Source: Kiritimatiellia bacterium
Lineage (GTDB): Bacteria > Verrucomicrobiota > Kiritimatiellia > JAAZAB01
Assembly (NCBI GenBank): GCA_040767085.1
Contig: JAXGPF010000004.1
Location: 224,001 to 288,000, forward strand
Length of the DNA stretch: 64,000 nucleotides
Direction: 5' to 3'
The notes below the pieces were generated by a model that saw nothing but the letters and a program-made list of their open reading frames with translations, did no database searches and was not told where the DNA came from. The position numbers were made by a program, and so were the translations under genes. Of this stretch, positions 29,402-38,613 are shown in pieces (the first letter of the stretch is position 1; every line of letters starts with the position of its first letter).

Positions 29402-30874
29402 ATGCGCATTGCCATTGTCCACTACCACCTTCAGCCCGGCGGCGTCACGCGGGTGATCGAACTTGCCGCCCGCGCACTCGCCAGCCGGGGCGCTCGCATC
29501 GCCCTTCTCTATGGCGGCGGCACATGCGCGCCGGGAGCGGCGGAATTTCCGGGCGCGGCCCTGCCCGGGATGGCTTATTCCGCCAGCCCCGGGCAGCCGG
29601 CGGCGCTGGCGCGCCGGATGCGCCTGGCGGCGCGGCGCCTGCTGGGCGGCCCGCCTGACGTCTGGCACATTCACAACCATGCGCTCGGGAAAAACCCCGC
29701 CCTGACCGCCGCAACAGCCTGGCTGGCGGACCGCGGCGAACGACTCCTGCTGCAAATCCACGATTTCGCCGAAGATGGCCGCCCGGCGGATTTTCAACGC
29801 CTGGCGCGCCACCTGGGCCGGCGCGATTTCCGCCGGCTGGCGCGGGTGATGTATCCGCAAAACCCGCGCGTGCACTACGCGGTGCTGAATACCCGGGATG
29901 CCGGTTTCCTGCAACATGCTGGCGTTCCGGAAGAGCGCCTGTACCTGCTGCCCAATCCCGTGGACATGCCATCCGCCATCACGCCCGCAGGCAGCCGGCT
30001 CCCTGGCGCCGCGGCAGGGCCAGGCTGGCTCTATCCCACCCGAGCCATCCGCCGCAAAAATCTCGGCGAGTTCCTGTTGCTGGCGGCGCTGGCGCCGGCG
30101 GGCTGCCAGTTCGCGGTCACCCTGGCCCCTGATAATCCTGACGCCCGCCCGATCTACGCCGCATGGGTGCAGCTAGCGCAAAAATTGAACCTGCCCATGG
30201 CATTCGAAGTCGGACGGCGCCCCGGGGCGGACCTGCGGACATTGCTTTCCGCCGCCGATGCCGCGGTCACCACCAGCGTGGGCGAGGGCTTCGGCATGGC
30301 TTTCCTGGAACCATGGCTGGCGGGTTGCCCGGTTGCAGGGCGCGATTTGCCGGAAATCACAGCGATGTTCAAACAAGACGGACTCGACCTCTCCGGGCTT
30401 TACCAGCGCCTGGAGATTCCGGCGGAATGGATCAGCCTGCCGGCGCTGCGCCGGCGCATTCACATCGGATTGCGCGCGCTGGACGCCGCTTACGGCCGCG
30501 CTACCCGCCGCGGAGCCCTGGAATCGGCCCTGGCTGCCGCCACCCGCGGCAACCTGGTTGATTTCGCGCGGCTGGACGAACCGATGCAGACGGGGGTGAT
30601 CCGCCGGCTGGCGGCAGGACGCTGCCGCACGCATGACATCGCGCCGCCAAGTTTCCTCCGGCATGATCCCCGGCGGAACCCGGAACAAATTAAACGCAAC
30701 CGCCGGATCATCCGGCACAAGTACAATCCTGCCGCCTACGCGCGACGGTTGGAAAACATTTACAACGCCCTGGCATCGGCGCCGGCCGGCGGGCCGGCCG
30801 ATGCTGAAATTGCACTGGAGCGGCTGCTGGACGATTTTCTCGCTCCGGAGCGGTTTTGCCTCCTGCGCACATGA
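29402..30874 (+). CDS. GT4 glycosyltransferase, likely mannosylglucosyl-3-phosphoglycerate synthase (MggA-like)
   Basis: HYHLQPGGVTRV, HNHALGKN, HDFAEDGR, PTRAIRRKN, EGFGMAFLE; lies directly after gpgS. Confidence 0.7.
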   Translation: MRIAIVHYHLQPGGVTRVIELAARALASRGARIALLYGGGTCAPGAAEFPGAALPGMAYSASPGQPAALARRMRLAARRLLGGPPDVWHIHNHALGKNPALTAATAWLADRGERLLLQIHDFAEDGRPADFQRLARHLGRRDFRRLARVMYPQNPRVHYAVLNTRDAGFLQHAGVPEERLYLLPNPVDMPSAITPAGSRLPGAAAGPGWLYPTRAIRRKNLGEFLLLAALAPAGCQFAVTLAPDNPDARPIYAAWVQLAQKLNLPMAFEVGRRPGADLRTLLSAADAAVTTSVGEGFGMAFLEPWLAGCPVAGRDLPEITAMFKQDGLDLSGLYQRLEIPAEWISLPALRRRIHIGLRALDAAYGRATRRGALESALAAATRGNLVDFARLDEPMQTGVIRRLAAGRCRTHDIAPPSFLRHDPRRNPEQIKRNRRIIRHKYNPAAYARRLENIYNALASAPAGGPADAEIALERLLDDFLAPERFCLLRT

Positions 30875-31827
30875 TGGAACAGCAAACTTTAATCGCCGCC
30901 ATAAAACTTCTGGCCCGGCCCATGCGGCCTGTCCCGCCGGCGCCGGCCCCCGCGTTGCGCTGCCCCGACCTGTCCGGCATCCGCGCTGTGCTGTTTGATG
31001 TTTATGGCACCCTGATGCAATCCGGCAGCGGCGAAATCGGCCTGGCCGACGCGGGCGCGGCGGACCGCGCGGAATATTTCCGCGCCGCGCTGGATGCCGC
31101 CGGAATTCGCCCTGCCGGCGCCGGCGCCGGCGCACGCGGCGCGGCCGCCATGTCCGCCGCCATCCGCCGGCGGCACGACGCCGCGCGCGCCGCCGGATCA
31201 GCATGTCCCGAGGTGGATATCGAAGACATCTGGCAAACCGTCCTGGCGGAATTGCATCAGGCCGGCTTGGCGCCGGCGGATGTTGACAGCCAACAAATCC
31301 GCCGCGCGGCGGTGGAATACGAATGCCGCGTTAATCCCGTCTGGCCCATGCCGGGATTGCCGGCATGCCTGGCGCCGTTGCGGCAAAACGGCATCCAACT
31401 GGGCATTGTATCCAACGCCCAGTTTTTCACCCCGCTCCTTTTCCCGGCGCTCACCGGCCGGGAATTGACGGAACTGGGATTCGACCTGAAGCTTTGCGCA
31501 TGGTCATATCGGACCGGTCTCGCCAAACCGGCCCCGGAGATATTCCAGGCGGCGCTGCAAGCCCTGCAGGCCAAGTACGGCATTCCGCCCCAGGCCGTGC
31601 TGGCGGTGGGCAATGACCTGCTGAACGACATCGCGGGCGCGGCAGCCTGCGGCTGCCGGACGGCGCTCTTCGCCGGCGACGCGCGATCGCTCCGGCGGCG
31701 TACCGGCGATCCGCGTTGCGCCGGCATCCGGCCCGACTGGGTAATTGCCGACCTGCATCAATTGTCAGCGCCGTTGCTCAAGCTTAAGGCGCCGGCGGCA
31801 GAACGGACAATTGACGCAGACCGTTGA
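30871..31827 (+). CDS. HAD-superfamily phosphatase (MggB-like by context)
   Basis: FDVYGTL, SN, KP, GNDLLND motifs; ATGA overlap with the GT4 gene. Confidence 0.8.
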   Translation: MMEQQTLIAAIKLLARPMRPVPPAPAPALRCPDLSGIRAVLFDVYGTLMQSGSGEIGLADAGAADRAEYFRAALDAAGIRPAGAGAGARGAAAMSAAIRRRHDAARAAGSACPEVDIEDIWQTVLAELHQAGLAPADVDSQQIRRAAVEYECRVNPVWPMPGLPACLAPLRQNGIQLGIVSNAQFFTPLLFPALTGRELTELGFDLKLCAWSYRTGLAKPAPEIFQAALQALQAKYGIPPQAVLAVGNDLLNDIAGAAACGCRTALFAGDARSLRRRTGDPRCAGIRPDWVIADLHQLSAPLLKLKAPAAERTIDADR

Positions 31828-32389
31828 CCACCATTTCCACGGAAATCACCGCCAGCATCAGTCCCATCAGACGTTCAAACGCCATCAGCACCCGCGCGCC
31901 CAGCACCCGGTAAATCATCCCGGAAGCCACCAGCACCACGGTCCCCAGCAGCCAGGCCGCCAGCAGCGCAGCGATTACCCCGCCAAACTCGATTCCAGTG
32001 CGCGCCGACCAAAGGGTCACCGTAGTAATCGCCGATGGGCCGGCAATCAAAGGGATGGCCAACGGCACAATGAACGGTTCCGATTGCGTATCCGTTTTGA
32101 ACAGGTCTTCCACTCCCTTGAAAATCATGCTCAGCGCAATCAGGAACAGGATGATGCCGCCGGCCAGGCTCAAAGACGAGACCGACACATGCAATAGCCC
32201 CAGCAGGCGCCGGCCTTGAAACAAAAACAGGAGCAGAACGCCCAGCCCGATCAGCGACTCCCGCAGAATGATCCGGCGCCGGCGCTCCGGCGCCACCGTC
32301 CGCAAGACACTTAAAAACAGCGGAACATTGCCCAATGGATCCAAAACTATAAAAAACAACACCGCCGTCGCCAGAATTTCGCGCCACAT
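31784..32389 (-). CDS. MarC-family membrane protein
   Basis: DPLGNVP, AGGIILF, VPLAIPLIAGP, RLMGL. Confidence 0.9.
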   Translation of the reverse strand: MWREILATAVLFFIVLDPLGNVPLFLSVLRTVAPERRRRIILRESLIGLGVLLLFLFQGRRLLGLLHVSVSSLSLAGGIILFLIALSMIFKGVEDLFKTDTQSEPFIVPLAIPLIAGPSAITTVTLWSARTGIEFGGVIAALLAAWLLGTVVLVASGMIYRVLGARVLMAFERLMGLMLAVISVEMVVNGLRQLSVLPPAP

Positions 32390-32509
32390 AAAGCCCCCGT
32401 GGTTTGCATGGAATTTATCACAGCCTGCAGCGCATGGCAAAAATAATCGGCATTGTAGGACAGCCATCCGCTACGCCTTTGCGGGATTCTCTTTGCTCAA
32501 TCCTGCGCT

Positions 32510-35374
32510 TTATCCGCGCTGGTTGACGAAATGGCGCAGGAACTCCGGCGGCGCCGACGCATCCGGCCGGCGGTTTGACTCAAGCATGTAACGGACCAGT
32601 TCCCCGGCGAGAAAGCGCGCGGCCGGCGTATCCACGAAGTTCAGGCGGCTGACCAGCAGGCGCCCCCGCCCCACCCCGACTTCAAACAGCAGCCCGCGGC
32701 GCCGCGCCCCCATGTAGCTGTCAATCGAGCGGATGATCGGCTCGATCCGGACCGGCCAGATATCCAGGTTGATGGCCCCCCCGTCCTGAATTTTCTTGGC
32801 GGCCGTGGTCCGGGTCAGGTCATAAAACTGGAGATCGCAAAATCCCTCATGCGGGAAATTTTTTAAAATCGGATGCCGCCGCACAATCGTGCCCGAGTTG
32901 CCGAACGGCACCTGATGCCAGGGGATGGACCGGAACCGGTGAAAATATTCTGGGAACAGGTTTTCGGCCAGCAGCCAGGCCCGGCCGCCCTGCTGCAGGT
33001 AATCAATCAATCCCAGCGACAATTGGTTGAGGCTGATTACCAGCCTGACCTCCGCCCCTGGCGTCGGGAGATGGTGGCCGGAGAATGGCAGCCGTGGCAA
33101 ATCCGCGAAAAAATGAGGCGCGCGGGCAACCCCGGCATTTTCCAGGTCCATGCCGTATTCCGCGCGCGCGCCCTTGCCGTAGCCGTATATCCCGCGCCAG
33201 CCGCCCGGCGGCGCGCCGGGCGCCCGGGGAAACCCCCAGAAGTCCCACTGATTGACCGCGCTGGTGTCGCGGGCGCGCAGTTCCACCCGCAGCGTCATTT
33301 TCACGGCCTGCCGCAAGCGCGGTATCCGCAGACGCAGTTGGGCCAGGCGGCTGGTGGTGCAGGCGCGCGCGCTTAAATTTTTCACCATCCCGGACGCCAG
33401 CGTCCGGCCGGCAGGCTGCGCCGTCAGCGTCCACCGCAATGCCGCGCCCCGGAGCGGCTGGAAGCCGTAATGTGAAGTCAGAATATCTGCTTTCAGGGTT
33501 TCGCCTTCCCACAGGTTGCGCCCCTGCCATTCGCGGCAGATATCGTGCGGATTGATTTCCGGCAAATCGTCCGGCGGCGCCACCCAGGCGGCCAGCCCCC
33601 GGAAATCCTGCCGCATCAGCACCACCGTATCGCCGTTGTATTGCCGGCATTCGGCCGCGGAAACGTTCTTCGGGTCGCCGAAATCATCCCAGATGCCCTC
33701 CACCGCCGATGCGGTATCATGCCCCATCCAGAGATGATAGCCTGTAATGGCCGCCGTCTTGCGCAGGCATTCCACCGCCATTTTTCGTTCCATGGCCTGC
33801 AACCGTTCGGAATTGCGGACGAATTCGGGCAACAGCTTGATCACGCCCTGCCGCCGCGCTACTTTTTCGGCGTAAGTGATATGGAATGGCAGCAGCGGCA
33901 GGTTGCGGTACTTGCGTTTCAGGGCCGGATTGGGGTATGACGAAAACCAGCCCAGTTCGTGCAGCAAAACCGGCTTGGTGGTCGCCCGCCGCAATAACTT
34001 GTCCGAATAGCAGCCGCGGTAGCAGCAGGCCGGCTCCTCAAAATCGGTTTTGCCATGCCCGAAATTCACCAGTTGGCTGCCATCCCGCGCCAGGGACAGC
34101 CGGGTAGGATCAACTTTTTTGGCGAAGTCATACAGGCGGTCCAGATTGTCCACCAGGCGGCGATCGTTGCCGTATTGCTCGGCGCTCCAGCCGTAGGCCA
34201 TGATGGAAGGATGGTTCATCGCCTGGCGCATGAGTTGTTCAAGATGCGCCCAGCGGGTCAAAGCCGTGCCGGAAATGTCGCCCGGGAACACCTGGATCAA
34301 CATGCCCTCCTCATCGGCCGTATCGAGCAATTCGCGGTACGGCAAGCTGTAGGTGTCAATTGCGTTGAACCCGAACTCGCGTGCCGTGCGCAACTGCTTC
34401 CGGATATAGTTTTTATCCAAGTCCGGGCTCAAGGTGCGCGGAAAGACCATGTTCCAGCCGAAGCCGCGCAGGAATACCGGCCGGCCATTCAGGGTGATCC
34501 GGCGTCCGCGCACGGCGATGTCCCGCAGTCCGAACCGCTCCGTACGCTCATCCAGGATGTGCGAACCATCCATCAAGATCACCTGCGCCTGGTAAAGCCG
34601 GGGCGTCTCCAGCGACCATGGCACAACCTGCTGGAGCGGAATTTCCGCCGCCGCCGTGGTCGCGCGGCCGCGGCGCGCCGGGCATGGCCGGCTGATTTCC
34701 GCCGCGAGCTTGCCGTCCGGAGCGACAATCCTGATCCGGGCGGTCAGCGTCCTGCCCCGCAAGCCAGACTGTCCGATCACGGCATTGACCCGGACAAGTT
34801 TCCGCCGCAGGCATGGCAGGATGCAGAAATTATCCACCCACGCCGCGCCGCAAGCCTGCAGCGACACCCCGCGGTACAAGCCGCTCCAGATTGCGGCCCA
34901 ATTGTAAATTCCGCCGTCAAAGGCCGAAATCCAAGCGCCGCCCCGGTGTTCGGCAACGCGCACCGTCAAAACATTCTCCGCGCGGCGCCGGACAAAGCTG
35001 GTGATGTCAAAAGCGAATTCGAGCAAGCCGCCGGGGTCCCGCCCCAGGTAATGCCCGTTGCACCAGAATTCGGCGCGGGGATGGACGCCGCCGAAGTGCA
35101 GCCGGATCCGGCGGTCCTGCCATTCCTCCGGCAGGCGGAAAACTTTGCGATACCAGGCGGCGCCCCGGTAGCCATGACGTTCCACCTGCAGCGCCGGATG
35201 CCCCATCTGCGATATGGTATGCTTCAAGGCGCCGCCGAAGCCCTGGGCCTGCCAGCAGCCGGGCACCTTGATCCGGTCGGCCAGGCCGTCCCTGCGCCAC
35301 CAGCGCTGCCGGCGGCCCGCATCTTCCGGGTCGAGTTGAAATTCCCAGTTGCCGTTCAGCGAAGCAATGGTCAT
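32510..35374 (-). CDS. GH2-like glycoside hydrolase
   Basis: SLNGNWEF, VPGCW, GAAWYRK, LNGRPVFLRG, NHPS, HELG. Confidence 0.8.
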   Translation of the reverse strand: MTIASLNGNWEFQLDPEDAGRRQRWWRRDGLADRIKVPGCWQAQGFGGALKHTISQMGHPALQVERHGYRGAAWYRKVFRLPEEWQDRRIRLHFGGVHPRAEFWCNGHYLGRDPGGLLEFAFDITSFVRRRAENVLTVRVAEHRGGAWISAFDGGIYNWAAIWSGLYRGVSLQACGAAWVDNFCILPCLRRKLVRVNAVIGQSGLRGRTLTARIRIVAPDGKLAAEISRPCPARRGRATTAAAEIPLQQVVPWSLETPRLYQAQVILMDGSHILDERTERFGLRDIAVRGRRITLNGRPVFLRGFGWNMVFPRTLSPDLDKNYIRKQLRTAREFGFNAIDTYSLPYRELLDTADEEGMLIQVFPGDISGTALTRWAHLEQLMRQAMNHPSIMAYGWSAEQYGNDRRLVDNLDRLYDFAKKVDPTRLSLARDGSQLVNFGHGKTDFEEPACCYRGCYSDKLLRRATTKPVLLHELGWFSSYPNPALKRKYRNLPLLPFHITYAEKVARRQGVIKLLPEFVRNSERLQAMERKMAVECLRKTAAITGYHLWMGHDTASAVEGIWDDFGDPKNVSAAECRQYNGDTVVLMRQDFRGLAAWVAPPDDLPEINPHDICREWQGRNLWEGETLKADILTSHYGFQPLRGAALRWTLTAQPAGRTLASGMVKNLSARACTTSRLAQLRLRIPRLRQAVKMTLRVELRARDTSAVNQWDFWGFPRAPGAPPGGWRGIYGYGKGARAEYGMDLENAGVARAPHFFADLPRLPFSGHHLPTPGAEVRLVISLNQLSLGLIDYLQQGGRAWLLAENLFPEYFHRFRSIPWHQVPFGNSGTIVRRHPILKNFPHEGFCDLQFYDLTRTTAAKKIQDGGAINLDIWPVRIEPIIRSIDSYMGARRRGLLFEVGVGRGRLLVSRLNFVDTPAARFLAGELVRYMLESNRRPDASAPPEFLRHFVNQRG

Positions 35375-35438
35375 GGTTCGACGGGCAAGGTTCAAGGTTC
35401 AGGGTTCGGTGGACGGCGGTCGAAGTTGAGCGTTGTGA

Positions 35439-38400
35439 TTATTCATCCAAAACCATCCAGCCCAGGTCGCCCGGATTGTCCGTGCGCAGCGCCAGGCGGG
35501 AAAGCCAGGGATGGAACGGGCGCCAGCGAATCATCCGCTCCTGGTTCATCTCCGCCGACGGCACCGCCCGGATAACATCCAGGCGCAGCGGCCGGCGCGC
35601 TAGATCCCGCTCGCGCAAAAAATTCAGGGGAATGCGCAGGATCAACGACCATTCCTGTTTGCCGCGCCAGGCGGCGGCCTGCCAGGGCTCGCCGTCGGGC
35701 GACTTCCAGCGCTGCCAGCGGCCGCCCCGCGCGTTGGCCAACAATGTCTGGCACGGCCAGAGGCGCCGCGGCTCGAGCATGACGCCTGCGCAATCGTTGT
35801 CCCACCAGGGATAAGGCATATGGCCGTTTCCATCGTCCGTCATCCGCAGACGCGCCATGTCCGGTTCCGCGCAAACAATCCCCACGTACAAATTGCGTCC
35901 ATCATGCCCGGCCTTCCATCGGGTTTTGCGCGGCGCGTGTTCGGTGTCGGACAACGCCTTGGACCAGTAGGCGTGCGGGCTGATCACCACCTGGCATGCC
36001 TGCTCCGGCAGCGCATCCCAGGCAGGGCCGACCGGGCGGCCGTTCATCGCCGGCGGCATGGCAAACCGCCGGCAATGATAAACCGTTTCCCCCGCGGTAG
36101 CGGCCGAACTGCATTCGGCATCCGTCTTCCCCCTTGTAGCGGCCGAACTGCGTTCGGCATCCGCCTTCCCCACTGTAGCGGCCGAACTGCGTTCGGCATC
36201 CGTCTTCCCCACTGTAGCGGCCGAACTGCGTTCGGCATCCGCCGCCGTCGCCGCGCGCGGAAAAGCATAACCTTCAAACAACGGCCGGCGCGCGGCAATC
36301 TGTGTCGCGACGCGCGGGAATTCCACGCGCAGCAATTTCTCCAACTGCCGCATGCGCCAGCGGATCAACGCAGGATGGTACTTGTAGCCCTCGGCTTCCG
36401 AATGGAACCCCAGGCGGGAATCGGCCCGGGCCAGGTCCAGCAGCCGCCGGTCCAGCCGGATTTCATCCTGGACGATCTGGCGCATGCGGCGCAGGGATTG
36501 CCGCTGGCGCGCGGGCGTCTGGAAGGGCAAATCCTCGCGCAGCAGGTAGAAATCCAGGATATGGCTGGCGCTGTTGAACTGGATGCCCAACGCCTCCGCC
36601 ACGCCCAGGTCGCGCAGCCGTTCCGGCTGGCGGCGGAAAGCCTGCCGCAGCGGCGCCAGCAACTGCATCCCCCGCCGCCAATCCCGCGCCATCCCCGCCA
36701 GCAATTGTTGAAACTCACGCGTGGTATGGGAGTAGCAAATCATTTCTCCGATCCGGTCGCCGCTGACCCCGTGCTTGATCTGCCAGGTCGGCGCCAGCGG
36801 CAGATCGCGGGGGATCAAGTACAGGGGCCAGACCGGCCCGTCATGACACGGCCCGTAATAGCCGGCCATAGCCGCATAGGGAAACTGGCGGTACCCCTGT
36901 TGGAACCACTGCCAGGCCTTCGCCACGCGCGCCGCATGCCGGCCCCAGTCGCGCCGCGCCAGATGCGTTAAAAACTCCGACTCCGACCGCGGGAACGGCG
37001 CGAATGCCAGTTCCCCCGCCGCGCGCGTCATCGGCGAGGGATATGTGCCGAAATACCAGCCGTACATCGCGCCGCTGACGCCCAGGCGGTGCATGGCGCG
37101 GTACTTGGCGTACAAGTTGCCCGGCACCGGCACGAACGGCGCCGTCGCCGTTTCATGCGAACACCCGACCTGCAGTTTGGCCGACATGCGTGTGCCGGAC
37201 GCCGCGGCGCGCCGGGCGCAATCTCGGAAAACCCGGCTCGGGCCGATATACGCCAGCCAGTAGTCGCCGAGATAACGCGTCCGGCCCAACTGCCGGGCGC
37301 GTCCGCCCGACTCGAAATTATGCTGCAGGATGACTTTGGGCGGCACATGGCCGGCGGCATCCGCCGTCAATTTTTCGCCCCAGCCAATGTACTGGGAATA
37401 AGGCCAGGAAATCAGCTCAGCCGCCGGGTTGACCGCGTGCATACCGCGCTCCATGGCGGCCAGCGAATCCGCCAGCACCTCCCGCGGCTGCCGGCGGGAG
37501 CACCGCGGGCACCGGTTGTCGCGCGTACCGGCGGAATAGCAATGCGTCGGACGCTCGCCGACGCTGATCACGGCCATCCCGCCCAACCCCGGCGCCGCCG
37601 TAAAGATTTTGCGCGTGGTTTCCTCCACGTAACGCAAGCCGGCGGGCGAACTGACGCAGAAATAAGCATTGCCGCTGACATGATGTCCGGCCAGTTCCGG
37701 ATGCCGCTTGAGCGCCGGGCTGTCGGGCGGGATGCTTGCCGGTTCGATGCAGAAAATGAAAATTTTAATGCCATAGCGCGCGCATTTGTCAATCGTCCGG
37801 TTCAGCTTGGCGAACCGCCGGGCGGCATCGCGGCCCGCGCCGGGAAACAGGCCGGACGGAACCAGGTCCTTCCACTCCACCGTCAACCACAAACCGTTCA
37901 CCCCATCATGCGCCAGCCGGTTAAGGTATTCCGCAGGGTAATAATCAACATCGTCGGCCAGTTCATCGCGGTTTTTCGGCGGACGCTTGATCGGCCCGAA
38001 AAAGCAGCGCGAAAGCCGCGTGCGGATGACCGGCGTCTTCCGCGTGACACATGGTTGCAGGAACGGGCCGCCATTACGCTGCAATTCGTCCTCCAGGAAC
38101 ACCAGGCCGCGCCGGATGCCTTCCGTGTCGCCGGCCAGCACCCGGCATTCCGTGCGGGTGACTTCCACGCGATAAGTCTCGGGGATGACAGTGCGGATCA
38201 GACCCGTGGCAATGCGGTAGGCGCCCTGCTCCGGAATGCCGCCCAGGCGCAGGAACCGCCGGAAATCGGCATGCATTGTGTCCAGCAGACCGTAAGGATC
38301 GGGAAATTGCCAGTCCAGCCGGACCCCGCGGCGCAAATCAATCTCGCCCGCGCGCGGCCGCCGGCGCTCCCAGGGAATGGGCCGATGATGGAGCGGCTGC

Positions 38401-38513
38401 TGCAATTCGCGGATGAACCGCCAACTTGTTTCCGGCGGCTGGGGCGGGATGGCGGGCGACAGGCAGCCCGGGGCGGTCGGCGTTCCGTTTTGAAGCGCGG
38501 GTTTGGTTTTCAC
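35439..38513 (-). CDS. Large hypothetical glycosidase-like protein (GH20-N-like domain, TIM barrel, C-terminal CBM9-like domain) carrying an in-frame REP array
   Basis: ETYRVEV...GIRRG, a central barrel region, and C-terminal NLYVGIVCAEPDM...WSLILRIPL. Domain calls are inferred. Confidence 0.6.
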   Translation of the reverse strand: MKTKPALQNGTPTAPGCLSPAIPPQPPETSWRFIRELQQPLHHRPIPWERRRPRAGEIDLRRGVRLDWQFPDPYGLLDTMHADFRRFLRLGGIPEQGAYRIATGLIRTVIPETYRVEVTRTECRVLAGDTEGIRRGLVFLEDELQRNGGPFLQPCVTRKTPVIRTRLSRCFFGPIKRPPKNRDELADDVDYYPAEYLNRLAHDGVNGLWLTVEWKDLVPSGLFPGAGRDAARRFAKLNRTIDKCARYGIKIFIFCIEPASIPPDSPALKRHPELAGHHVSGNAYFCVSSPAGLRYVEETTRKIFTAAPGLGGMAVISVGERPTHCYSAGTRDNRCPRCSRRQPREVLADSLAAMERGMHAVNPAAELISWPYSQYIGWGEKLTADAAGHVPPKVILQHNFESGGRARQLGRTRYLGDYWLAYIGPSRVFRDCARRAAASGTRMSAKLQVGCSHETATAPFVPVPGNLYAKYRAMHRLGVSGAMYGWYFGTYPSPMTRAAGELAFAPFPRSESEFLTHLARRDWGRHAARVAKAWQWFQQGYRQFPYAAMAGYYGPCHDGPVWPLYLIPRDLPLAPTWQIKHGVSGDRIGEMICYSHTTREFQQLLAGMARDWRRGMQLLAPLRQAFRRQPERLRDLGVAEALGIQFNSASHILDFYLLREDLPFQTPARQRQSLRRMRQIVQDEIRLDRRLLDLARADSRLGFHSEAEGYKYHPALIRWRMRQLEKLLRVEFPRVATQIAARRPLFEGYAFPRAATAADAERSSAATVGKTDAERSSAATVGKADAERSSAATRGKTDAECSSAATAGETVYHCRRFAMPPAMNGRPVGPAWDALPEQACQVVISPHAYWSKALSDTEHAPRKTRWKAGHDGRNLYVGIVCAEPDMARLRMTDDGNGHMPYPWWDNDCAGVMLEPRRLWPCQTLLANARGGRWQRWKSPDGEPWQAAAWRGKQEWSLILRIPLNFLRERDLARRPLRLDVIRAVPSAEMNQERMIRWRPFHPWLSRLALRTDNPGDLGWMVLDE
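36085..36241 (+). repeat. Tandem array of four 39-bp GTAG-REP-like units inside a CDS
   Basis: GTAGCGGCCGAACTGCRTTCGGCATCCG at 36097, 36136, 36175 and 36214; hairpin GCCGAAC-TGC-GTTCGGC. Confidence 0.9.
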
Positions 38514-38613
38514 ATCATATTATCCATCAAGGTATAGCGGCGTTTTGTTGCTCAAGTCGGTGGGGCTGCCGGCCGACCCGCCTCCTCATCTCCGGCCCGG
38601 GTGCATCGCAAAC

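Noticed and set aside
35375-35409. GGTTCA(A/G) heptamer tandem as a functional element
   Set aside because: Only three or four degenerate units; insufficient evidence for a function.
36085-36241. CRISPR array
   Set aside because: The inter-repeat segments are only ~11 bp and near-identical, the array is in-frame within a CDS, and there are no cas genes or leader.
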